30,116 nt of DNA from a virus (IMGVR_UViG_3300043406_000167:1-30116); one strand, 5' to 3'. Numbered from the stretch's first letter, positions 8,349-16,301 are shown. Numbers and translations: made by a program. Notes: generated by a model from the letters alone, not told the origin.

Positions 8349-8821
8349 CGCGTGGCCTTGCGGAAGGTGGCGCCGGTTGCGGGAGCATCGGCCACATTGC
8401 CGGGCACCCGCTCGTTCGAGGGGGTTGTGGCGCGTCCCTGCGCCGATTCCCCGTCGTCATCCGCGGTCGCCACGCCGGCGAAGCTCTGGAGGGCGTAGCG
8501 GCGCAGATAGGTGATAGCGGAGCCCACGCTTTGGGGGCTGGCATCCTTGGCGGTCGCGCTGACCTCGCCCTGAATCCACTGGCCGCTGCTGTGGAGGAAG
8601 CGCGTGGCCACCGTCACCCGCGCGCCGTCCGCGCTCGGCGACTGGAGCACCGCGATCCCGTTCTTCGTGAGCGGCCCCCGCGCGGCCTCCCAGATGGAGT
8701 TGAGATCGGCGTATCGGCTCTTGAAGAAGGGGTTGGCGGCGTCCTTCGTGGCCGCGCCCATTTCGCTCTGTGCCTTGGCCAGCGCCGCCGCGAGTTCCCC
8801 GGTCTGTTCGCTCGTCGTCAT
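8345..8821 (-). CDS. erf: ERF-family ssDNA-annealing recombinase
   Basis: ALAKAQ, KDAANPFFKSRYADL, HSSGQW, QSVGSAITYLRRY, DDDG. Confidence 0.92.
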   Translation of the reverse strand: MTTSEQTGELAAALAKAQSEMGAATKDAANPFFKSRYADLNSIWEAARGPLTKNGIAVLQSPSADGARVTVATRFLHSSGQWIQGEVSATAKDASPQSVGSAITYLRRYALQSFAGVATADDDGESAQGRATTPSNERVPGNVADAPATGATFRKATR

Positions 8822-9390
8822 AGCATGCTCTCCTTTGTGGCAAATTCGTGGAGGGATGCCCAGTTGGCCTCCAGCTCCTCCTGCGTAAATTCGATATCCC
8901 AGATGTTCAGCGCGGGGTTGCGGTCATCCGCGTAATTCCCATTCAGGTGCAACACGTAGAAGCGGCAGCGCGTGGTGCCCTGGGCGCGGCAGTAGGCGGC
9001 CGCCTGCGTCAGCCACTTGGCGAACTTGGGGTGATGCGGGTCGGTGCGGCTGCTGAGCCACGTGGCCTTGATTTCGCCCACGCGCTCGCCGCCGTCAATG
9101 AGCAGGTCGGGCGAGTAGGCCACCCCATCGCTCGTCATTTGCTCGGATGGGCGCTGCGCATCGACACCGCTCGCGATGAGCACTTCTTCGAGGTAGCGCT
9201 CCCACGCCACGCCCACCGCCATGCGCAGGGTGCCCCCCATGTCGCGCGGGGCCCCGGGCTTCCCATAGCGCTTGGGCTCCAACCGCTGATAGAGCGCGGT
9301 GTAGATGTCACTCATGTGGAGGCCTTCGCTGCGGCCCTCACTGGGCGCCAGCAGTTCGAGGTCGCTCGTGTCTACGGGGCTAACCTTCAT
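8818..9390 (-). CDS. PD-(D/E)XK exonuclease
   Basis: LHMSDI, SPDLL..EIKAT, QAAAY; adjacent to ERF. Confidence 0.75.
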   Translation of the reverse strand: MKVSPVDTSDLELLAPSEGRSEGLHMSDIYTALYQRLEPKRYGKPGAPRDMGGTLRMAVGVAWERYLEEVLIASGVDAQRPSEQMTSDGVAYSPDLLIDGGERVGEIKATWLSSRTDPHHPKFAKWLTQAAAYCRAQGTTRCRFYVLHLNGNYADDRNPALNIWDIEFTQEELEANWASLHEFATKESML

Positions 9391-9589
9391 GCGTCGCCTC
9401 CCACTGGGCCCTCTCGACGGTGTCCCCATCAGGGAAGGTAAAGGTCCCCTCGGGACTCCACAGGTTGTAAGCGGTCAGCAGGTAGAAGACCATGGCCTGG
9501 AGGCTAATCAGGGCATCCGCGAGCCCCTTGAGGTCCATCGCCTTCGCCAATAAAGCCTGTTGCTGCGCCACCCGCTCCTCGTGGGTCAT
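9380..9589 (-). CDS. Hypothetical protein
   Basis: ATGA-coupled start (MTHEERVA...). Confidence 0.6.
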   Translation of the reverse strand: MTHEERVAQQQALLAKAMDLKGLADALISLQAMVFYLLTAYNLWSPEGTFTFPDGDTVERAQWEATHEG

Positions 9590-9876
9590 TCGCCCGGCTC
9601 CACCAGCGTTACCACCGACATGGCCGGGCTCGACGCGCTCACATCCGCTCGCCATCCCAGCGTCGTGAACTCGCGCTCAACGCGCTGCTTGGCACCCTCA
9701 CCTATCGAGAACGCGCCGCCATATTCCACTAGCATCGCGAGCAGCACGCAATTGGCGCTCAGCGCTTGGCCTTGGAGCTGCTGCGCCGCCTCGCGCAACC
9801 GCTCATTCTCCCTCACCACAATACGCAGCGCCCGCTCCGCCACCGCATTGCCCTGCTTCCGCTTGGTCGCCATCAC
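9586..9876 (-). CDS. Hypothetical protein
   Basis: Coupled overlaps at both ends; GAGGGGGAG RBS. Confidence 0.65.
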   Translation of the reverse strand: MMATKRKQGNAVAERALRIVVRENERLREAAQQLQGQALSANCVLLAMLVEYGGAFSIGEGAKQRVEREFTTLGWRADVSASSPAMSVVTLVEPGE

Positions 9877-10091
9877 TCCCCCTCGCGTTCGTGAACCTCG
9901 CCAGCTCGCGCCACATCCTCGACCCCGCCGATCGCCCTGATCTGGTCGATGATCTGTTCAGCGCGATAACCCGCATCTCCGCGCACAATCTCCGCCGCGG
10001 TAAAATCCACGATGAGCACCATAAAGAACTGATCCTGCCCCGCGCTGTTTCGCGCCATCTGCGTAGCGGGTGGGGCAGCCCCCATGGCCAC
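9873..10091 (-). CDS. Hypothetical protein
   Basis: GGAGG RBS; coupled to the next gene. Confidence 0.55.
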   Translation of the reverse strand: MAMGAAPPATQMARNSAGQDQFFMVLIVDFTAAEIVRGDAGYRAEQIIDQIRAIGGVEDVARAGEVHEREGE

Positions 10092-10111
10092 CCCTCCCAG
10101 CCCCTCCTGTG

Positions 10112-10639
10112 TTATGCGCTCTTGCGGCGCGTGGTGATGTTCTGCTTGGCCGGCGTCACGACTGCATCCACCAGCAGATCCTTCGCTGCGTAGGTGTTGC
10201 CGTCCTTGCCGGTCTCGGGCTTGCGATCGGGATTCTCGACCCGCGCCAGTGTGAGGCGCTTGCCGAGGAAGAACTCGTAATTGGCCTCACCGTCCACTTC
10301 GGGGTAGTTGGCCGACTGCGCATCCTTCGCGAAGAGGCTCGCGATGAAGACGGCCGCCTCGCTCTTCTTGCTCACCTTGCCTTCGCCCAGGAAGAGGGTG
10401 CGCCCGTCATCGCTCACGCCATCGAACTTCGCGCCGTTGCCTGCGAAGAGGCGGCGGGTCACCGTGTCACCCGCGCCATCGCGGCGGAATTCGGGGATGA
10501 GGTTCAGCTTCGCGAATGGGCCATAGGCCGATTCGTTCACGTCGCCCAATTCCCACGTATAGCCCACGAACGCCACCGTCTCGCCATCGAGAAACGCCCC
10601 GCCGCCGCCGCCGAAGGATTCTGGTCTGCCACTGGCCAT
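10112..10639 (-). CDS. Hypothetical protein, possibly ssDNA-binding (beta-rich, first gene of the replication operon)
   Basis: Good RBS and GC3-rich codons; function inferred from position only. Confidence 0.6.
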   Translation of the reverse strand: MASGRPESFGGGGGAFLDGETVAFVGYTWELGDVNESAYGPFAKLNLIPEFRRDGAGDTVTRRLFAGNGAKFDGVSDDGRTLFLGEGKVSKKSEAAVFIASLFAKDAQSANYPEVDGEANYEFFLGKRLTLARVENPDRKPETGKDGNTYAAKDLLVDAVVTPAKQNITTRRKSA

Positions 10640-10720
10640 GCTGCTCTCCCATGCTGTATGCGCGCGGGGTGCGCGCTGTTTCCGTTAGGTTCGCCGGTTA
10701 CCCCGTTCGCCTGTTACCCC

Positions 10721-10736
10721 TGCACGCCCGATGCCA
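10721..10736 (-). promoter_or_regulatory. Sigma54-like -24/-12 promoter upstream of the replication operon
   Basis: TGGCATCGGGCGTGCA (GG-N10-GC) followed by GGGGTAAC, closely similar to the 15304 promoter. Confidence 0.55.
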
Positions 10737-10799
10737 CGCGGGCACCCTACCAAATCGCCACAAGCAGCCAATATACGAGATCCACTGAGCACCTCCTTT

Positions 10800-11786
10800 C
10801 TAGGTTGTGCTGTTACCCGCGGGGGACGCGCTGTCGTCGAAGAGTGACAGTTGCGCCTCTTTCCGCAGCCACCGCCACGCGGTTTCCTCGCTCACACCCT
10901 CCAGCGCGGCCAGGATGCGCACCGCCGGCGTCTTCTCCGCGCCCGCCGCCATGACCTTATCGAGCTTGGCACGAAACGCAATCATGCGCGTCTCGACATT
11001 GGGGCGGCTCGTCATGAGCAGCGTATGGGTCAGCGTGGGCCCCCGCGTCAGCCGATAGGGCTGCGGGGTCTCCCCCTTATACTTCGGGCAGCTGAGCACG
11101 AAATTGGCCCCATCGCGCGCCAGGTAGAAGACGGTCGTGAAGGCGTCTTCGGTAGCCGAGGCGCCGCGGCTCGCGTAGCTCGTGCGCGCCCGCTCGTTGC
11201 CGTCCTTGTCCGCCGTGGGCTTGCCGAAGTGGCCCAGCACGAGCACTGGGCATTCGTTGCGCTGCCCGAGCAGCGAGAAGGCGTCCACCAGGTGGCGCAT
11301 CGCCGCGTTGTCATTCTCGGCGTTGGCGCCGCTGATGAAGGCTGCGAGGGGGTCCACGACGATCAGCTCGGCCCCCACCACCCGCTCAGCGTATTGCTCG
11401 AAGGAGTGCTCATCGCGCTCCCCGCGCGCCACCAGATGCTTGGGAATGGGCAGCACATGCGGCCCGATGATGCGCGCCTCGGGGCCCATGGGCAGCCCCG
11501 TGTGATGGTAGAGGCGGTGCACAGTGCCCGTGGTGTGCTCGCCCAGCAGGTAGAAGACTCGGCTAATGCGGCGGGTGGCGCGCAGGTGCCCCCACAGCAC
11601 CCGCCCCGTAGTCAGCGCGCTAGCAATCTCGATGGCCAACAGGCTCTTGCCAATGTTCGTGGGGCCACAAATGTAGGTGGGCCCTTCCGCCGGCAACAGA
11701 CCGGGGATCAGCTCCGGTGGCGCCGCTTGGAGTGGGTCGAGGAAACGCGTCCCCCACGGCTCCCTACTACTGTCGCGCGAAGCCAT
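10800..11786 (-). CDS. AAA_25/RepA-like helicase ATPase with C-terminal HTH-like segment
   Basis: Walker A GPTNIGKS, Walker B LIVVDPL, VLGHFGK, SRGASA; LEGVSEETAWRWLR. Confidence 0.85.
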   Translation of the reverse strand: MASRDSSREPWGTRFLDPLQAAPPELIPGLLPAEGPTYICGPTNIGKSLLAIEIASALTTGRVLWGHLRATRRISRVFYLLGEHTTGTVHRLYHHTGLPMGPEARIIGPHVLPIPKHLVARGERDEHSFEQYAERVVGAELIVVDPLAAFISGANAENDNAAMRHLVDAFSLLGQRNECPVLVLGHFGKPTADKDGNERARTSYASRGASATEDAFTTVFYLARDGANFVLSCPKYKGETPQPYRLTRGPTLTHTLLMTSRPNVETRMIAFRAKLDKVMAAGAEKTPAVRILAALEGVSEETAWRWLRKEAQLSLFDDSASPAGNSTT

Positions 11787-11956
11787 AGGCGCCCCCTCTG
11801 CCAGCTGCTAACCCCTTGCATATCAGGGGGTTACGCGGGGCCGCTGTCATTCCCCCGCTACTGTTAAATACCCCGACCTTATATAGGGAGGGGGAAAATG
11901 CCAGTCCCCCGCTCCCAGCGGTAGCCGGGGCTGTTACCCGCGGGTGACGCGGTGTC
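10809..11956 (+). repeat. 27-bp direct repeat pair (10809-10835 and 11930-11956, 2 mismatches) bracketing the helicase gene
   Basis: GCTGTTACCCGCGGG[G/T]GACGCG[C/G]TGTC. Confidence 0.85.
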
Positions 11957-12090
11957 CCCTCAATCGCGGTCATCGCGCCCCCGGTAATGCGCGAGTGTCG
12001 CCGCGCTCACGTAGGCGGGTGGGGCTGGCCTCGCGCACCACTCCCGCACCCGCCATCCCACATTGCGCCAGATCATGCGTAACATCGCCC
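11790..12090. other. Candidate replication origin / regulatory region
   Basis: TAACCCC..GGGGTTA inverted repeat (11809-11833) containing IHF-like TATCAGGGGGTTA, CCTTATATAGGG, and near-palindrome GTTACCCGCGGGTGAC. Confidence 0.45.
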
Positions 12091-12091
12091 G

Positions 12092-12367
12092 CTACCCCCT
12101 CCTGATACAAGCGTCGCAGCCGCACAACGCGGGCTCCAGCTCAATCACGTAGTCGTTGCTCAGGGCGCCGGTGGGGCACTCCCGGTCATATACCGCTATC
12201 CCCGCCGCATACGCCTCCTCCTCGCTTTCCGCTGCCACCCGCGTGTGCCAGAATGACGCATAGTCCCCACCTAACTCCGCCACGATATACAGCCAATTTC
12301 GCGCATTCTCCCCACTGTGTGCCGCCCCGTGTCCCATTTTGCGCCCCCCGGACTCGGTCCCTTGCAT
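12092..12367 (-). CDS. Hypothetical protein (start uncertain, alternative 12337)
   Basis: Protein-like composition; fills the gap. Confidence 0.5.
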   Translation of the reverse strand: MQGTESGGRKMGHGAAHSGENARNWLYIVAELGGDYASFWHTRVAAESEEEAYAAGIAVYDRECPTGALSNDYVIELEPALCGCDACIRRG

Positions 12368-12522
12368 GGTTTCGCGCGCCCCCGCTTGACGTAACGGCCG
12401 GCGCTACCCCCGCCATTTGCACAGTGCGTGCCCCGCCCACTTACAAAGTGGTATGTCGTATGCTAATCCTCGTGCTACAGTGGCGGCCGCGATCGGCCGA
12501 TACGCGGGAAGCGAGGCGGAGC

Positions 12523-12798
12523 ATGGCAATGGCACGACGCGACTATGTAACGGTGTTCCCCAAGGCGAAGGAGTGGGAGTATTGGCGCGATGCGGTGGTA
12601 ACGGGCAAGGGCGGGTATCAGGGGTTGGCGCGGCGCATCCAGGCGGGGTTGCGCGCCGAGGATACTAGCTTGACGCTGGCCCGCGCCGATTTCTTCCGCG
12701 TGTGCCAATACTCGAATCGCGAGGATGGCGGGTATCAGAGCCATCTGCGGCGGTTGGTGGTGGCCTGGCTCCTCGACAACTTCGACGAGGTGGTATAG
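12523..12798 (+). CDS. Small protein with two GGYQ motifs, oriented against the early arm (possible regulator)
   Basis: GGAG RBS before ATG 12523/12529; GKGGYQGLARR...DGGYQSHLRRL. Confidence 0.7.
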   Translation: MAMARRDYVTVFPKAKEWEYWRDAVVTGKGGYQGLARRIQAGLRAEDTSLTLARADFFRVCQYSNREDGGYQSHLRRLVVAWLLDNFDEVV

Positions 12799-12839
12799 TG
12801 GCGGGGCTGCGGCTACGGCTCGCAGCGGAGGGTAGCGTG

Positions 12840-13089
12840 ATGGCAGCGTTAGATGAGGAACTGCAAGCGGTGCTGACGCGGAAGCAAGCGGATCTGGAGG
12901 CGCAGCTCGCGAAGGTGCGGGCGTTGCTCGGGGCGAGCGCGAATGGCGGGGGTTCGCTCGGCCCCCGCGCGGAAACCCCCGGCTCCAGTGCGGGCAGCCA
13001 GGCGCCCGCTATCGAAGGCAGAGCGCGCGGCGATCGGGGCGCGGATGCGGGCGGTGTGGGCGAAGCGGCGCGGGGGCGGCGCCGGTTAG
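12840..13089 (+). pseudogene. Small basic DNA-binding-like protein interrupted by a +1 frameshift, most simply at the G5 run 12948-12952
   Basis: Frame 1 gives a coiled coil (LEAQLAKVRALL); the +1 frame gives VRSAPARK..LSKAERAAIGARMRAVWAKRR, stopping at 13089, 4 nt short of the convergent gene. Confidence 0.6.
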
Positions 13090-13093
13090 CGGC

Positions 13094-13282
13094 TCATTGC
13101 GGCTGCCGATTACGGCTTACTCGCGTCAACACTCGCGCAATCTCCGCATCTAGGGACATAGCGCGATTAGGCCGTGGTTGCCCATCATCCCCATCAACCA
13201 CATCGATATAGGTATCGAGGAAATCGCGCATTTCGTCGAGGAGTGCCGCGATTTCGCGCACGTCAATAAAGGGTCCGCTCAT
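13094..13282 (-). CDS. Hypothetical early protein
   Basis: ATGA-coupled. Confidence 0.65.
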   Translation of the reverse strand: MSGPFIDVREIAALLDEMRDFLDTYIDVVDGDDGQPRPNRAMSLDAEIARVLTRVSRNRQPQ

Positions 13283-13512
13283 CGCTCGTATCCCTCGGGC
13301 ATCGGGCGCCCCGTCAGCCGCGCCAGCTCCTGCATGAGCGCAATTACGAGTTTGGTATCGCGGCGCGCGACCGCGACATTGAGCCGCGTGTGGATGTGGA
13401 GAACGTTGGCGCGTTCCGCGCGCTTCTCATCGGGTGTCATGGGCATCATCTCCTGTTCGGGTGCGGGAAAGTGGCTGTTATCGGCGTCATCATCGCGGGG
13501 CGGAAAGCACAT
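13279..13512 (-). CDS. Hypothetical early protein
   Basis: AAGGAG RBS before ATG 13512. Confidence 0.65.
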   Translation of the reverse strand: MCFPPRDDDADNSHFPAPEQEMMPMTPDEKRAERANVLHIHTRLNVAVARRDTKLVIALMQELARLTGRPMPEGYER

Positions 13513-13516
13513 CGCG

Positions 13517-13753
13517 CTACTCCTTACAGGCTTGCGCGCGCGTCCCCGGCGTCGCCCAATCTGCGTCGGGTGCGAGGAGGAGGCACAACGCCCCCGTGGC
13601 CGTATCAAGGCGCCATGTGCGCAAGCCCTCGTCAAAACGCTGAAACCGACCGATCGTGGGTGGCGTGGGTGGCGCGGACGTTTGGTCCAGGTCACACGCG
13701 ACGGAGGCTGTGCATAGGCTCGCGAGACAGGCATAGCGTAGTAAGGTTCGCAT
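13517..13753 (-). CDS. Putative small lipoprotein/exported protein
   Basis: MRTLLRYACLASLCTASVA-C signal peptide with lipobox-like Cys; GGAG RBS. Confidence 0.6.
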   Translation of the reverse strand: MRTLLRYACLASLCTASVACDLDQTSAPPTPPTIGRFQRFDEGLRTWRLDTATGALCLLLAPDADWATPGTRAQACKE

Positions 13754-14031
13754 TAGCGTCTCCTCTCCATATCCGCATCAATCGCGCACACCGCCCCGCA
13801 ATAGGGCGCGCGTTCATCGCTCTCTAGCGTCAGGCCGCAATAGATGCAGGTTTGCGCGGGTAGCGCGCACACGCACGATGGCCTGTCGTAGCCGCACGCC
13901 TGGCAGTATTCGCCGGTGTCTGCGCCGTCCTCTAGCGTGGGCACCCTGTCCCCCGCGATGGGGACAGCGGTTACCCCCGGCCCATCCGCGTGCCTGTGGG
14001 CGCTGAGCGCCCGCCGCGTAAGCTTGGCCAT
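13753..14031 (-). CDS. Cys-rich zinc-finger protein
   Basis: CQAC..CVC..CIYC..CGAVC. Confidence 0.65.
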   Translation of the reverse strand: MAKLTRRALSAHRHADGPGVTAVPIAGDRVPTLEDGADTGEYCQACGYDRPSCVCALPAQTCIYCGLTLESDERAPYCGAVCAIDADMERRR

Positions 14032-14035
14032 GGCG

Positions 14036-14359
14036 CTACTCCCCTTCCTGCGCATCGTCCAGCAGGGACTGCGCGATCTCATGCCAGTTGACTTCGCTGA
14101 GCGCGGCGTTGAGCAGATCCGTGAAGACGGTAGCGTTCGCGCGGCCTAACGCATCCGCCGCGTCTTCCTCGTGGGCATCGCGTAGGCAATCGGCGAGCGC
14201 ATAGCGCGTATCACCGGGGGTGCCGGCGACCTTGTTCAACTCGATGACCTCGCGCGTCACCTCGCGCCAATACGCCTGGCTGCTCTCCTCGTTGTCCATC
14301 CACAGCTTGACGGCCCACGTCTCGTAGTTCATCCAGCCGTTGTAGGTGTTGTCGCTCAT
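14036..14359 (-). CDS. Conserved phage protein (YNGWxNYETW type)
   Basis: TYNGWMNYETWAVKLWMDNEE...VNWHEIA; AAGGAG RBS. Confidence 0.8.
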   Translation of the reverse strand: MSDNTYNGWMNYETWAVKLWMDNEESSQAYWREVTREVIELNKVAGTPGDTRYALADCLRDAHEEDAADALGRANATVFTDLLNAALSEVNWHEIAQSLLDDAQEGE

Positions 14360-14363
14360 GGCG

Positions 14364-14702
14364 CTATGCTCCTTTCCGCAGGTGAATGCAGTTGCCGTTG
14401 TCGTAGCTCGCTCGCCCGTAGTAGCGCACGCCATTGGTGCCGAGCACGCTGAGCACAATGAAGCGCCCGCCGAAGTTGTGGCGGTAGATGCGCCGCCCCG
14501 TGATGGTGCCGAGCACCGTGCCGCGCCATGTGGTGACTGTGCCGTGTTCGGTGTAATACGCGAGATGCCGCGCGGGCTGATGATCCCAGCGCGCCAGCTC
14601 CATGTGCTCGATCTCGGCGTTACGCGCGTCGTTCGCTGCTACGTCTACGCTGGTGCCGTTGGGTGTGAAGACTTGCCCGTCGTGCGTGAATCCGTAGTCC
14701 AT
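14364..14702 (-). CDS. Hypothetical early protein
   Basis: AAGGAG RBS; tight packing. Confidence 0.7.
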   Translation of the reverse strand: MDYGFTHDGQVFTPNGTSVDVAANDARNAEIEHMELARWDHQPARHLAYYTEHGTVTTWRGTVLGTITGRRIYRHNFGGRFIVLSVLGTNGVRYYGRASYDNGNCIHLRKGA

Positions 14703-14705
14703 GGC

Positions 14706-14783
14706 TCACTTCTCCTTGCGCCCGCCCAGCTTGGCGAGCAATTCGAGGTATCGCGTGTCGCTCGTGGTGTTGCGCGTTTCCAT
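14706..14783 (-). CDS. 25-aa peptide, first ORF of the leftward transcript
   Basis: METRNTTSDTRYLELLAKLGGRKEK; ATG lies 12 nt after the sigma54-like TTGCA. Confidence 0.45.
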   Translation of the reverse strand: METRNTTSDTRYLELLAKLGGRKEK

Positions 14784-14795
14784 GCCCCGTAATGC

Positions 14796-14811
14796 TGCAA
14801 GCACGTAGCCA
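14796..14811 (-). promoter_or_regulatory. Sigma54-like promoter (leftward)
   Basis: TGGCTACGTGCTTGCA, GG-N10-GC. Confidence 0.6.
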
Positions 14812-14826
14812 GGCCTGTTACCCCGC

Positions 14827-14839
14827 TAACCCCTTGATT
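14827..14839 (-). promoter_or_regulatory. IHF binding site
   Basis: AATCAAGGGGTTA matches WATCAANNNNTTR exactly, just upstream of the sigma54-like promoter. Confidence 0.55.
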
Positions 14840-15303
14840 CTACACGCAACCCGCGTAACCGTCGAGCCTAGCGCGTTACGAAGTTGGTAGCATTGTTACC
14901 CTTTTGTTGCGCGATTGGCAGACTTCGGCCTCGGACCCTCCACCCTCCATCGCACAGAGTTTCCCGCTACCTGGGGGGTGGCGCGCCCAGCTTCGGGCCA
15001 CGCGCGCCGCGCGCCGCAGAGCGTGGGCCGCGCGCAACCCGCGCGGGCTCAGCGGGTTGGCCCGGCCGGCGCCTCCGGGCGCGAGTTCGCTAGGGGGCCC
15101 CAACGGGGGGTGGGGGCGCTGCATACTGGCCCCCGGAATATGCGGCTGCATACATCTCCACTTAGCGGGGGTCACGGGGGTGCGCTCAGGAGGGCTCTGG
15201 GGGGGCGCGAGGATGCCCCAGGAACGACGCGGGGCGGCGCGGGAGGGGTGGGGTCGCCGGGGGGCCTCCGGGCATCCCAGCGGGCCGCCGGAGTCCCGTT
15301 TCG

Positions 15304-15319
15304 TGGCATGGGCCTTGCA
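15304..15319 (+). promoter_or_regulatory. Sigma54-like promoter (rightward)
   Basis: TGGCATGGGCCTTGCA is 1 mismatch from TGGCACGNNNNTTGCW. Confidence 0.7.
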
Positions 15320-15331
15320 AGGGTAACCGCT

Positions 15332-15985
15332 ATGCCTATATCAGAACGCAACGCAGAGACGGTGGCGGCGGTCAAGCGGGAGCTGGAGGCAGCGGGGGTG
15401 AGCCTCGCGGGCCCCTGCGGCGCCTTCCGCATCACGAACGAGGTGGCGAAGCGCGTGGGCTATGGGCTCCTGCGCAAGGCCGGCGGGAATCGCGCCGTGC
15501 CCCAGCCCGATGGGAGCTGCTTGAGCGGGGACCAGAGCGCTGAGCCCGGCTATGCCACCGACTACATCATCGACCCGGCGACCTTCTTCGGCACCGACAT
15601 CCTGGGCGATGGCGGCGGGGCCAACAATCCCCAGTGGAGCGAGCCGGAAACCACGCAGGTCGAGCGTAACCGCGCGAACTTTGCGCAACCGCTCGGTGGG
15701 CCGGTCGACCCTCCGCCACCTCCGCCTCCCCCACCGCCTCCGCCGCCCCCACCTGTGGACCTCAGTGGGGTGCTCGCGCGGCTGGAGGGCCTCGATAGCG
15801 ACATCCGCCAACTTGCGAACGCCATCGCGGCGCAACTCGCGGGGCTTGAGCGCATCGAGCAGCGAATCGTGGAGGTCTCGGGGACCAACGTGGCGATGGC
15901 CAATGTCCTCCTCGCGGCCATCAAAGCGGCGCGCAAGGGCCACGTCCCCTATCTCGGCCAGCTGACCCTGGATGCCCAGCCATGA
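15332..15985 (+). CDS. Protein with globular N-domain, 15-Pro linker and coiled coil; candidate cell-wall enzyme
   Basis: Start placed at MPISER; poly-Pro at 15710-15754; followed by a 2-TM ORF. Function is inference. Confidence 0.7.
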   Translation: MPISERNAETVAAVKRELEAAGVSLAGPCGAFRITNEVAKRVGYGLLRKAGGNRAVPQPDGSCLSGDQSAEPGYATDYIIDPATFFGTDILGDGGGANNPQWSEPETTQVERNRANFAQPLGGPVDPPPPPPPPPPPPPPPVDLSGVLARLEGLDSDIRQLANAIAAQLAGLERIEQRIVEVSGTNVAMANVLLAAIKAARKGHVPYLGQLTLDAQP

Positions 15986-16122
15986 AGGGCACCATCCTCC
16001 TGCTGCGCGTCATTACTGTTGTGATTCAGGTCGCGGATCTAGGGCACCCCGCCGGGTGGCATCTGCCGCTCGCGCTGCTCCTCCTTTGGGCCAGCATCGC
16101 CCTAGAGCAGGTGAAGCGATGA
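15982..16122 (+). CDS. 46-aa two-hydrophobic-segment protein (holin-like)
   Basis: MKGTILLLRVITVVIQVADLGHPAGWHLPLALLLLWASIALEQVKR; ATGA overlaps at both ends; not in the ORF track. Confidence 0.6.
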   Translation: MKGTILLLRVITVVIQVADLGHPAGWHLPLALLLLWASIALEQVKR

Positions 16123-16301
16123 GGCGCGTCATCCTCATCCACAAGAGCGGGCTGCGCGAAATCCTCGGCACCATCGAAACCAGCGAAATCACCGAGGACG
16201 CCGCCGGGCTGGAGTATAGCGATGACGGGGAGACGATGAAACGCGCGGTGCTCGTGGTGGTCACGCCCAAGCGCGTAGTCTACCGCGAGGTGACGCCATG
16301 A
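16119..16301 (+). CDS. Hypothetical protein
   Basis: ATGA-coupled at both ends (MRRVILIHKSG...). Confidence 0.65.
   Translation: MRRVILIHKSGLREILGTIETSEITEDAAGLEYSDDGETMKRAVLVVVTPKRVVYREVTP

Noticed and set aside
8818-9390. Cas4/CRISPR adaptation gene
   Set aside because: No four-Cys cluster and no other cas genes; context next to ERF indicates a recombination exonuclease
14915-15331. N-terminal extension of the 356-aa ORF
   Set aside because: Low-complexity G/R/A-rich translation that spans the sigma54-like promoter; ATG 15332 is the better start
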